Below are positions 1-8,870 of a stretch of DNA of 49,794 nt, in pieces. The position numbers were made by a program, and so were the translations under genes. Numbering within the stretch: position 1 is the first letter of the stretch; each line of letters opens with the position of its first letter. The DNA comes from a virus (taxonomy: Duplodnaviria; Caudoviricetes), in IMG/VR virus record IMGVR_UViG_3300049200_000031, positions 1 to 49,794 of that record. One strand, given 5' to 3'. The notes under the pieces are model-generated. The model saw only the letters and a program-made list of their open reading frames with translations, did not search any database and was not told the origin of the DNA.

Positions 1-399
1 CTGCTTGCCGGCCAGGCCCGCCTTCTTCGCGTCTTCCATTGAATACGACACGACCACAGCCGAACGCCCACGGCGCTTGAGCGTGCATTTGCAGTAGAGG
101 TCTGTTTTCTCCTCATGCAGATCCTCGAATTCCGGGTGGCTGATCACGAGTGCTCGCATCGCATCGCCCCACACGCCCGGGTTGCCATTGATGACGGCGA
201 TGCCCTGCAGCGACTGCATCGGCTTCAGGCCCAGCTCGGCGCCGGTCTGCACCGCCACCAGCACGTTGCCCGGCTTGTTGAGGTAGGTTTTCGGCACCAT
301 GTCCGATGAGGCGATGATCTTGGCGAATTCCATCGCCTCGCCCAGGTTACGCGGGGTCAGCGAAAAGGTTTCGGCGCCTGCGGTGGTCAGTTCGTTCAT
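1..399 (-). CDS. recT: RecT-like single-strand annealing recombinase (3' end outside window)
   Basis: Hand translation MNELTTAGAETFSLTPRNLGEAMEFAKIIASSDMVPKTYLNKPGNVLVAVQTGAELGLKPMQSLQGIAVINGNPGVWGDAM, typical of phage RecT-family proteins; AAGGA RBS. Confidence 0.75.
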   Translation of the reverse strand, partial: MNELTTAGAETFSLTPRNLGEAMEFAKIIASSDMVPKTYLNKPGNVLVAVQTGAELGLKPMQSLQGIAVINGNPGVWGDAMRALVISHPEFEDLHEEKTDLYCKCTLKRRGRSAVVVSYSMEDAKKAGLAGKQ

Positions 400-420
400 T
401 GCGTTTCCTTGGTGGTTGGG

Positions 421-537
421 TTAAAACGGCGCATCCAGCGTGTTCACGATCAGCAGCAGCACGCCGGCGATGGTCAGCGGAAGCCACTGGTGGTCATCAC
501 AGGCCTGCCACAGGGCGTTGAGGGCGCGGCGGATCAT
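421..537 (-). CDS. Small hydrophobic protein (38 aa)
   Basis: MIRRALNALWQACDDHQWLPLTIAGVLLLIVNTLDAPF; homolog at 41395-41517. Confidence 0.7.
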   Translation of the reverse strand: MIRRALNALWQACDDHQWLPLTIAGVLLLIVNTLDAPF

Positions 538-806
538 TTGGCACCCTCCGCAAGCATGGCGTCGGCAGCGGCATAGGCATCGGCTGCGATCTCGCGCCAG
601 TAGACCGTGCCGTTTACATCCACCGTGGAAGCAATGCCGGCCAGAGCCTTTGCCGCGAAGTAGTCGCGCAGACTTCCATGTATGCGGCTGTTGATATACG
701 CCAGGAGCGCCTGGTACGCCAGTTCAGCGTTGTCTGGCCTGGCGCCGCGATAGTCCATGGCCAGTTCGTGGAACTCTTGGCAATGAATGGTGTTGTGGGC
801 GCTCAT
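534..806 (-). CDS. Conserved phage hypothetical protein (RDYFAAKA...AYxxADAML family)
   Basis: MSAHNT start coupled to upstream stop; motif common in phage early operons; absent from prophage 2. Confidence 0.7.
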   Translation of the reverse strand: MSAHNTIHCQEFHELAMDYRGARPDNAELAYQALLAYINSRIHGSLRDYFAAKALAGIASTVDVNGTVYWREIAADAYAAADAMLAEGAK

Positions 807-961
807 ACCGGCACCGCCACGGCCTTTTTTACCGGTGCGTCGAAGCCGCAACCGCGCGCGTAGGCGGTGGCCTGCTCGATGGCGTCTTCCTTGCGCGGCG
901 TGGTGACGTCCAGCGAAAAGCTGGGGCCGCGCTTGAAGTCGATGGTTACTTTGTAGGTCAT
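803..961 (-). CDS. Hypothetical protein (52 aa)
   Basis: MTYKVTIDFKRGPSFSLDVTTPRKEDAIEQATAYARGCGFDAPVKKAVAVPV; ATGA coupling; homolog at 41514-41675. Confidence 0.7.
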   Translation of the reverse strand: MTYKVTIDFKRGPSFSLDVTTPRKEDAIEQATAYARGCGFDAPVKKAVAVPV

Positions 962-1359
962 GCTGGCACCCGCAGTTCAGGCGCAGCGCGGCGAATAGCG
1001 GCCAAGTCCAGCCCGCCGGCGCGCTCTTCCCGGTCCAGCTCGACCAGGGCGGCGTTCTCGGCATCGGCTTCGACACACTTGTTGATCAGGTCCAGCAGCA
1101 GGTTGCCAGCCGTCAGCGGCCCGCCGATCAGCGATGCGCGCACGATCGTCTCGGTTACGCCACTGCGGCCCAAGCGATCGCACAGGCCCTCGGTGATGCT
1201 CTCGATCGTCTGCGCGTGGCCCGTCTGGATGTTCGTGCGGATCGCAGCGGCATGCACCTTCGTCTGCTCGGCCAGGCGCGCCTGGAATGCGTCGTCGGCT
1301 TCACCCTGCCGTTCGTACTCGCGGTCGATTGCGGTCCAATCCATGTCCTTGTGTCCCAT
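958..1359 (-). CDS. Hypothetical protein, first gene of PL operon
   Basis: 133 aa, GGAG RBS; near-identical copy at 41672-42073. Confidence 0.8.
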   Translation of the reverse strand: MGHKDMDWTAIDREYERQGEADDAFQARLAEQTKVHAAAIRTNIQTGHAQTIESITEGLCDRLGRSGVTETIVRASLIGGPLTAGNLLLDLINKCVEADAENAALVELDREERAGGLDLAAIRRAAPELRVPA

Positions 1360-1418
1360 GCTTTTCTCCAGTGGTTCGCCGTGCTTTGCGGCGGTTGTGG
1401 TGTGTTTGCTTGAGTAGA

Positions 1419-1459
1419 ACTTTAGCGCGTGCTAAATAAGATGTCAAGCGTTTACTAAA
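1419..1459 (-). promoter_or_regulatory. PL promoter and OL operators of prophage 1
   Basis: Minus-strand TTGACA(1447-1442)-17bp-TAAAGT; palindromic TTTAG-CGCGTG-CTAAA (1421-1436) and TCAAG-CGTTTA-CTAAA (1444-1459). Confidence 0.75.
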
Positions 1460-1510
1460 GCAATTCCCAAATATTTGCTACACTGAGGACGCGAACGAAT
1501 GTCTGGGCGT

Positions 1511-1533
1511 AAAAAAACCCGCCGAGGCGGGTT
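1511..1533 (-). terminator. Intrinsic terminator of the cI/lipoprotein transcript
   Basis: A-run followed by the hairpin AACCCGCC-GA-GGCGGGTT (U-tract on minus strand). Confidence 0.75.
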
Positions 1534-1551
1534 ATGGGGTATTGCCGCTTG

Positions 1552-2136
1552 CTACTTGGTGCTTTGCGGGCAAATTTGATGGGCTGCGATGGTGATGACA
1601 GCGCCGTTTGAATAGTTGCAGTACTTCAGCGTTCCGCTCTGAGACTGGTCGCGCAGGTAGCCTGTCACGTAGGCATTGCCTGGTATTGGGATCGGCTGCT
1701 GGTAATTTATGATTGGCGCCGGCTGCGGTTGACTGGCCTGCATCATCGCAATCCCGGCAGCCATTTGTGAAACGCCAAGTTGGGCGCGCCTGTCGGTCTC
1801 TATGCGAACCTGCGCCATTGCGGCATCATTTGCAGAGGCGCTTTCAGCCTTTATGGCTCGAATCTCATAGTCGAATTGGTCCTTTGAAATCTGCCCAGCT
1901 TCGTATCGGAGTGCAACGCCACTGGATTGATTCAGTGCAGAAAGTAGGTATCCAGGCGCAGACGCGGCCGATGCCTTGGCAAACAAGCCTTTGTAGTAGG
2001 TGGACCACTTGATTTCACCAGCTTCAGCTCGTGGCTTTTGCTGTGCAATGAACGAGTGATAATCCATCACTTCCTGGGTGGGACCAGTTGCACAGCCGGC
2101 CAGCACGAGTGCAGCAAGAATGATTGCCAATTTCAT
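1552..2136 (-). CDS. Immunity-region lipoprotein (possible superinfection exclusion/moron)
   Basis: Lipobox LAGC after a hydrophobic signal; C-terminal two-Cys module; located downstream of cI. Confidence 0.75.
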   Translation of the reverse strand: MKLAIILAALVLAGCATGPTQEVMDYHSFIAQQKPRAEAGEIKWSTYYKGLFAKASAASAPGYLLSALNQSSGVALRYEAGQISKDQFDYEIRAIKAESASANDAAMAQVRIETDRRAQLGVSQMAAGIAMMQASQPQPAPIINYQQPIPIPGNAYVTGYLRDQSQSGTLKYCNYSNGAVITIAAHQICPQSTK

Positions 2137-2297
2137 TTTTCACCTCTGTTCGGCATCCTGGCGTGCCGTTGCGCCATTGTGAATATTGCGTGACTTTTCA
2201 TTCTTAAATAGCGCGTAAAACACCCCGTCTTTTCATGACTTTCACGAGCACCTTTGCCGACTATAGTAAATATCCCGACAACAAAAGAAAGCAGTAA

Positions 2298-2522
2298 ATG
2301 GAGCAACTTCCGGACCTCACTGAGGCCTACAAAACGATGAATTCCTGGGCCCGCACCAAGTTGCTGTCGCAGGCCTTGCAATATGCGAAATCCTGGCCAG
2401 CCAATCTGCGCCAGCCAAAACTAAATCTGATGCTGAACCCTGCCATCGAGCTCGCGCCGCACCTCATCAACCGCAATGTCGATAAGCCTTCGCTGGTCCT
2501 CATTCGCAAGGCGATAAACTGA
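2298..2522 (+). CDS. 74-aa ORF convergent with and overlapping cI; candidate antirepressor
   Basis: Conserved at 43627-43851; only synonymous changes in the first 34 codons; purine-rich upstream sequence. Confidence 0.65.
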   Translation: MEQLPDLTEAYKTMNSWARTKLLSQALQYAKSWPANLRQPKLNLMLNPAIELAPHLINRNVDKPSLVLIRKAIN

Positions 2523-2786
2523 AAGCAGGCGCAATTCCTTTGCTGTCTCGCAGGTCAACTTCAACGAATCGGCCAAGCCCCCGCCGTTCACTGGTACCAC
2601 CTCAGCATTGCCTGCATCCAGGAACCCTACCCCCATTCGATAGTCAACCTCCAGCCGACGGGCGACCCGCTCACCGAACGAACCTGTCGATTTGAGCTGG
2701 GAAAAAAGGCTGCGCTCTTTCGCTGGCGTACCATTTTTGGCAATCCACCGTAATAAATTTTTTCTACGCGTTTCCACTATGTCCAT
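2421..2786 (-). CDS. cI: Prophage repressor CI-like, no S24 peptidase domain
   Basis: Divergent from cro across operators; RRxNL and SFGERVARRLE features of phage repressor N-domains; only 121 aa. Confidence 0.8.
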   Translation of the reverse strand: MDIVETRRKNLLRWIAKNGTPAKERSLFSQLKSTGSFGERVARRLEVDYRMGVGFLDAGNAEVVPVNGGGLADSLKLTCETAKELRLLSVYRLANEDQRRLIDIAVDEVRRELDGRVQHQI

Positions 2787-2792
2787 CGCACA

Positions 2793-2850
2793 AGTTTAGT
2801 CAAACCTAAATTAGTTTTCACTTGACGAGCGCTTTAGCAAGTACTAAAGT
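2793..2850. promoter_or_regulatory. OR operators with PR and PRM-like promoters of prophage 1
   Basis: TTTAG-TCAAAC-CTAAA (2795-2810), ATTAG-TTTTCA-CTTGA (2810-2825), TTTAG-CAAGTA-CTAAA (2833-2848); PR TTGACG-17-TAAAGT. Confidence 0.75.
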
Positions 2851-2856
2851 TGCGTC

Positions 2857-3090
2857 ATGGACCTTAAAACTTACATCACCGCCGAGCGCGGCCGAGCGAC
2901 CGCACTAGCTGCAAAGCTGGTCGTGTCCCCTTCCTACCTTTCGCAACTCGCCAACGGGCAAGCTCCGATTTCGCCAAAACGTGCGGTTGAGATCGAGCAG
3001 GAGACCGATGGTCTGGTCACGCGCAAGGAAATGTTCCCGGGTGATTGGCCCCAAATCTGGCCCGAACTCGCACAAGCATCCCCTACCTAA
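2857..3090 (+). CDS. cro: Cro/YdaS-like HTH regulator
   Basis: HTH LAAKLVVSPSYLSQL; AVEIEQETDGLVTRKEMFP..WPQIWPEL signature. Confidence 0.88.
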   Translation: MDLKTYITAERGRATALAAKLVVSPSYLSQLANGQAPISPKRAVEIEQETDGLVTRKEMFPGDWPQIWPELAQASPT

Positions 3091-3132
3091 AAATTTTGCC
3101 ACTTTTCCTACCGGAAAGTAGAGGAAACCATC

Positions 3133-3513
3133 GTGCCGCAGATTTCCAGTACCCAATTTACCCTCGACTTCGAAGCTGGCCTGACGGAAAAGTATCCGCA
3201 CCTGCTCGACTGCATCCGGGCCAGCGCCTACGGGCACCGCAACCCATTGAAGACCATCGCTGCCGACATGGACATGAGCCAGTCGGACCTGTCGCGCAAG
3301 CTACACGGCAACCCGGATGATCCGCGCCATTTCTCTGTCGATGATCTGGAGCGCTTCGTGCAAGCCACTGGCGACACCATGCCGATTTACTGGCTGGTGG
3401 AAAAGTTTCTGGAAGATGGAGAAGCGCGCAAGAACCGCGCCCTGGGTGAGCTGGCCAAGCAGCTGCCGAACATCATGGCGATGCTCAAGGCCGCGACTGG
3501 GGGTGAAGCATGA
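3133..3513 (+). CDS. CII-like phage regulator
   Basis: HTH LKTIAADMDMSQSDLSRKL, position after cro; homolog at 44536-44904. Confidence 0.7.
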   Translation: MPQISSTQFTLDFEAGLTEKYPHLLDCIRASAYGHRNPLKTIAADMDMSQSDLSRKLHGNPDDPRHFSVDDLERFVQATGDTMPIYWLVEKFLEDGEARKNRALGELAKQLPNIMAMLKAATGGEA

Positions 3514-3791
3514 GCGAAATCATCTCGAAGGACGCCATCCGCGCCAAAGCCCGGGCCGCGTTCTTTGCCGGCCGCTCACGCGATTCCCACGGCTTCAACT
3601 GGCATGCGCCAGCGCTGGCGACATGGCTGGAGGAATACGACCGGCTCGACCTGTCAGCAAATCTTTCTGCTGCCGTTGAGGCTCTTTCTGGCGATCAAAC
3701 ACCGTATGTGACATTGCAGGCACAGGCCTTCCCACAATCCCATGCTGCGCCGGCTACGTGTCGCCACATTGAGCGGGAGCAAACGGCGTGA
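3510..3791 (+). CDS. Hypothetical protein
   Basis: ATGA coupling; related to 44901-45104 (IxxRARAAF...WH). Confidence 0.7.
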   Translation: MSEIISKDAIRAKARAAFFAGRSRDSHGFNWHAPALATWLEEYDRLDLSANLSAAVEALSGDQTPYVTLQAQAFPQSHAAPATCRHIEREQTA

Positions 3792-3930
3792 CGGACCTGC
3801 TGCAACCTCTCACGCCGGCCGAGCGTTTGCACCTGCAACGGTTGACGCGGCTTGCGCTTCAACGTCAGCGTGTCGCTACGGCTGTTCTGCGCAATTTATA
3901 CCTGAAACACCTTAAACGCGGGCGCCGCGC

Positions 3931-3934
<4 letters not shown>
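3788..3934 (+). CDS. Small basic hypothetical protein (48 aa)
   Basis: GTGA and ATGA overlaps at both ends; MTDLLQPLTPAERLHLQRL... Confidence 0.5.
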
Positions 3935-4942
<1,008 letters not shown>

Positions 4943-4956
<14 letters not shown>

Positions 4957-5530
4957 AGCCTTGATCATGGCGATTGCCGCCACTGCCGAGCTGTGCGGGA
5001 AGGTCTACACCCCGGCCGCTGCAGCGCTGCTCGCATCCGACCTGGACGGCTTCGACGAACCGGCTGTGCTGGCCGCCCTCACGCGCTGCCGCAAGGAGTT
5101 GGACGGCAAGCCGTTCAACGTCGCTGCGGTTATCGCTCGTATCGACGACGGCAGGCCCGGTCCGCAAGAGGCGTGGGCCCTGATGCCGTTCGATGAAGCC
5201 ATGTCGGTGGTCTGGTCCGAGGAAATGCGCGAAGCCTGGTTCGTCGCTGAGCCGCTGCTCGATGGCCGGCAGAACGTTGCCGCCCGCATGGCCTTCCTGG
5301 AAGCCTACGCCAAGGCGATGACGACAGCGCGCGACCAGCGGTTGCCGGCCAAGTGGACGCCGTCCCTTGGACACGACCAGCACGGCCGCGTCGAGGCCCT
5401 GCGCATCGCCGTCGAAAAGGGCCGAATCGGTATCGAGCACGCCCGCACTATCGCGCCCCAGCTCGAAGCGCCAACACCGCGCGCGCTGCAGCTACTCGCC
5501 CAGGTCAACATCCGGAGGATCGAAGCGTGA
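4943..5530 (+). CDS. Putative helicase loader / P-like replication protein
   Basis: Overlaps initiator stop; DGRPGxxEAW motif typical of this slot. Confidence 0.6.
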
Positions 5531-5928
5531 GCCACCCCGACCGCACCGCAGACCGCCCGAGCTACCTCTGCGCCGCATACGGCTGCCCGATGCTCGGGAC
5601 CATGAGCGACGACACTGGCGGCGGCAACTTCGTGTGCCACGTGCACAAGGGTTGTGAGCCGGGCCAGGTCCAAGCGATCACAGTCGAGATCAACCGCAAC
5701 GTGTGGCTGGCAAACACGATCCGCGACATCCGTTGCCGGTCTCGCAATCCGGCCTGGCGCCAGACCTTCGAGCGCATCAACCACGACCTGATGCAGTCGC
5801 AGCGCAAGGATTTGATGCAGAACGGCAACTCCTTGGACGAATGGATGATCCGGCTCGAAGTCGAGCTTCTGGCAGTCGTTAAGGCCGGTTTGCCGGAAGA
5901 GCACAAGCAGAAACCGATGGCGATGTAG
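5527..5928 (+). CDS. Hypothetical protein with Cys/His (Zn-binding?) motif
   Basis: GTGA coupling; CAAYGCP...CHVH. Confidence 0.65.
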   Translation: MSHPDRTADRPSYLCAAYGCPMLGTMSDDTGGGNFVCHVHKGCEPGQVQAITVEINRNVWLANTIRDIRCRSRNPAWRQTFERINHDLMQSQRKDLMQNGNSLDEWMIRLEVELLAVVKAGLPEEHKQKPMAM

Positions 5929-5988
5929 TGGGCTGGTAGCAGCGCAACAGCAGCAGAAAAAATATTCCATAAAAATCAAGGGGATACG

Positions 5989-6501
5989 ATGAACGAGAAG
6001 ATTATTGCGATGGTCGGGCGCTCGCCTGGCATCAAGACCGGCCAGATCGCCGACCAGCTGGACGTGGACTTTTCCGAAGCCCAGATGCTGCTGGCCAAGC
6101 TGGCGAACGAGGGGCGCATCAAGGGCGCGCTGTCGGCACTGTCCGGCGGCGGCAAGGTGATGTCCTGGGAACTGTGCGGGATTGTTCCGGCCAAACCCAT
6201 GCCTGCGGTCGAAAAACAGGAAGCTGTGCCCCTTCCCAAGGAACTGGTTGCCGAGCTTAGCAAGAAGGCCCAGGCCGAAATCGAGAAGTCGCCAGCAGAA
6301 GCTGCGGCTGCGATAGCCGCGAAACGCACCTACAAACGCCAGCCGGCCGGGCACAAGGGGTGCGTGCCAACACCTGACGTAGGCGAGATGCGCTGCTGCA
6401 TGTGGACCGATGGCGTGCTCGAGGTGCAGGTGGGCGGCCGTACCGTGATGACGCTCAACAAGGCCGGCCAGGACATGCTCAGGAAGGCGCTGAACGCATG
6501 A
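5989..6501 (+). CDS. Winged-HTH protein
   Basis: PGIKTGQIADQLDVDFSEAQMLLAKLANEGRI. Confidence 0.65.
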   Translation: MNEKIIAMVGRSPGIKTGQIADQLDVDFSEAQMLLAKLANEGRIKGALSALSGGGKVMSWELCGIVPAKPMPAVEKQEAVPLPKELVAELSKKAQAEIEKSPAEAAAAIAAKRTYKRQPAGHKGCVPTPDVGEMRCCMWTDGVLEVQVGGRTVMTLNKAGQDMLRKALNA

Positions 6502-7007
6502 ACTCGATTACCCTGACCCTGCCCTACCCGATCAGCGCGAACCGCTACTGGGCAACGCGCACCGTCGCGCCTAAGGGCAAGCGGCCGATGGCAATCACTT
6601 ACGTCACGCCCGAGGCGAAGGCGTTCAAGGAAGCCGTCGAGGCCATCGCGCGCGCCGCCGGCGTCACCAAGCCCATCCTTGGGCGCGTGCAGCTCGACAT
6701 TCGCCTGTACCCGCACCGCCCCCTGGACTGGCAGAAGCGCATGCGCCTGGCCGGCGCCGCGTGGGACGACACGGTGCAGTGCATCGACCTGGGCAACGCC
6801 GAGAAGGTGCTCTCCGACGCGCTCAAGGACGTGGTGATGGAAGACGACAAGTGGATTCGCCGCATCGTCAGCGAGCGCATGGAGCCCGACAGCGGCCCGG
6901 CGCGCGTGGTCGTCACCATCACAGCGCTGGCCACCGAGCAGCCGCAGCTGGGCCTGGCGCTGCCAGCCACGCCACAGCCACCAATCGAACAACCCCTACC
7001 CTTCTGA
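6498..7007 (+). CDS. rusA: RusA-family Holliday junction resolvase
   Basis: LTLPYPISANRYW N-terminus; DLGNAEKVLSDAL...EDDKWI catalytic region. Confidence 0.85.
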   Translation: MNSITLTLPYPISANRYWATRTVAPKGKRPMAITYVTPEAKAFKEAVEAIARAAGVTKPILGRVQLDIRLYPHRPLDWQKRMRLAGAAWDDTVQCIDLGNAEKVLSDALKDVVMEDDKWIRRIVSERMEPDSGPARVVVTITALATEQPQLGLALPATPQPPIEQPLPF

Positions 7008-7015
7008 GGATCGCC

Positions 7016-7147
7016 ATGGACCAAATTTTCATCGTTGCTGCGTTCGTCGTCGGCCTCGTGGCCGGCTCTGGCCTGACGCTGTGCCTGGCTGCGCTGGCCG
7101 GCATGCGTGATCCGGACGATGGCGACTCGGGATCGGAGTACCTGTGA
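7016..7147 (+). CDS. Small membrane protein (43 aa)
   Basis: One TM segment; homolog at 48036-48158. Confidence 0.65.
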   Translation: MDQIFIVAAFVVGLVAGSGLTLCLAALAGMRDPDDGDSGSEYL

Positions 7148-7341
7148 TGTGGGCGTGGATCAAGCGCTATTTCGCCCGCAAAGACTGCGCCACCTTGCGT
7201 CAGACGATTGATGATGCGAGAGCGCAGATGCTTGCGCTTGGCCCGCCTCGCAGCGCACAGGGCGTCATTCTGCGAGCACGCCTGACGGCTGCAATCGAGT
7301 TTGGCGAGCGTGCTTTGGCTGAGTCCGAGGGGCGCAAGTGA
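7144..7341 (+). CDS. Hypothetical protein
   Basis: Translationally coupled ORF. Confidence 0.6.
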   Translation: MMWAWIKRYFARKDCATLRQTIDDARAQMLALGPPRSAQGVILRARLTAAIEFGERALAESEGRK

Positions 7342-7523
7342 CCGCCCTTCCCCGCCGCATGTACCGCGATCCCCAGGAGCAATTGCTCGAAGCCGAAGCC
7401 GAGACGTGCAAGGGTTGCCGCTACCGCACGCTTGACCGCGACGGCACCGCGCGCTGCAAGAACCCGCGCCAGGTGCAAGTGCTGGCCGACCGGCGCTGCG
7501 ATGAGTACGAGGAGAACGCGTGA
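7338..7523 (+). CDS. Small Cys-rich protein
   Basis: CKGC..C..C; near-identical copy at 48502-48687. Confidence 0.7.
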   Translation: MTALPRRMYRDPQEQLLEAEAETCKGCRYRTLDRDGTARCKNPRQVQVLADRRCDEYEENA

Positions 7524-7897
7524 CCGAACGCAAGGACATCGGTTTGCGCTTGGAGAACTGGGCGCGATGGTGCTTCCTGACCGGTGGCCGAGGCGCCGAC
7601 TGCATGACTGGCGCGATCTGCGAAAGCTTGCGCAAGGCCGCGTTGGGCAACGTCTGGTCCGGCCACGACGTTCGCGACGAGACGAACGATGCCGACGCCA
7701 TCGCCATCGAGCGCGGAATGCGCTTGCTGCCCACGTTCGACCGGCTGCTGCTGTACTGGTGCTACATCGAGCAGGCCCGGCCCGAGGTGGTCTGCCGGAA
7801 GCTGTCGATACCGACGCGCCCGGCCAGTGAGTTTGTGGACCGCTTTCGCGCTGCACAGGAAGCGATTGAGGACATTGTTGACGGGGGAAACCGATGA
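7520..7897 (+). CDS. Late antiterminator Q-like protein
   Basis: RLENWARW N-terminus, DAxxIE and C-terminal HTH; lies before the late promoter. Confidence 0.7.
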   Translation: MTERKDIGLRLENWARWCFLTGGRGADCMTGAICESLRKAALGNVWSGHDVRDETNDADAIAIERGMRLLPTFDRLLLYWCYIEQARPEVVCRKLSIPTRPASEFVDRFRAAQEAIEDIVDGGNR

Positions 7898-8334
7898 CTG
7901 CTATTTGCTCGCGCGTGTATCCGCCGCTGCGCCACCTGATCGAGACCAGGATGCCAAAGCTCGACCGCGCTCTTGGGCCGCTTGGCCTAAACCATGTGCG
8001 CGAGGTGTTCAACGCCATGACTGGCCTCGACATCATGCCGAGTGAACTGGTCGGCCAAACAACGGAGCATGTGTACGCCGATCTGCTGGAGCAGGACGCC
8101 GCCGGCACGCTCATGACCGAGGCGCTGCCAAATGGCCTGTGGGCGATCCGCAAGCTCAAGGCGCCGCCGGCTGGTGCGAACGCCCGGGTGCTGGTGTCGC
8201 GCAACCGGCGCGAGGGCTGGTATGCGGGACGGTGGAATGGCCAACATGTGCGCGGCGCGCCGCCGCCACCGCACAAGCTCGGCCAGATGATCGCAGCGCT
8301 CCGCGAAGTGTTCGCGGCTGCGAGAACGAAGTAA
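7894..8334 (+). CDS. Hypothetical protein
   Basis: Coupled 146-aa ORF. Confidence 0.6.
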   Translation: MTAICSRVYPPLRHLIETRMPKLDRALGPLGLNHVREVFNAMTGLDIMPSELVGQTTEHVYADLLEQDAAGTLMTEALPNGLWAIRKLKAPPAGANARVLVSRNRREGWYAGRWNGQHVRGAPPPPHKLGQMIAALREVFAAARTK

Positions 8335-8384
8335 CGCGACCGCCGCCCCGCGATCCGGGCGGTAACCTTGAAGGAGCTTTACCT

Positions 8385-8843
8385 ATGAAAACGATGTTGC
8401 ATAAACCCTTGGCCAGCTTCATGCTGGTTGTTGCCATGGTTGCCTTAGCCCTGGCATGGAACAGTCCGGCGCAGGCCGGCCCGCTGACCGTCGTCAACGC
8501 AACCGGAACCGCCGTCTACAGCGCCAGCCCTGCGGTCGTCATGGGCTTCCAGAAAAACACGGACTCGGGCAATCGCACGGCAGTGCTGTACTCGTCCGGC
8601 TGGCAATACGTGGCCGACACTGCGACCTGGTCGAAACACGCTGAATTCGTGACCAAGTGCGGCAGTGCTTGCGTGGCTGTCGATGGCTCTGCGACCGGTC
8701 TGCACTACAACCCGACGCTGTCGAATGGCACCGTTTGCTGGTCTACCGGAACGGTGATCCCATTTCCGGAGCGCGGTGCGGCCGAACAAGTCCTTGGCGA
8801 CAGTTGCGCATACTGGACCAAGCTCAAGGCGCAGCCGAACTGA
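8385..8843 (+). CDS. Secreted protein (Sec signal, 4 Cys), unknown function
   Basis: AAGGAG RBS; hydrophobic signal ending AQA; copy from 49362 differs only synonymously. Confidence 0.85.
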   Translation: MKTMLHKPLASFMLVVAMVALALAWNSPAQAGPLTVVNATGTAVYSASPAVVMGFQKNTDSGNRTAVLYSSGWQYVADTATWSKHAEFVTKCGSACVAVDGSATGLHYNPTLSNGTVCWSTGTVIPFPERGAAEQVLGDSCAYWTKLKAQPN

Positions 8844-8870
8844 CCTGGCGCCCATGATTTCCACAGGCCA

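Noticed and set aside
2133-2381. Minus-strand 82-aa ORF / N-terminal extension of the 43105-43743 ORF
   Set aside because: It is the reverse frame of the conserved small ORF and promoter block, the frames end differently in the two copies, and the lipoprotein signal starts at 43494.
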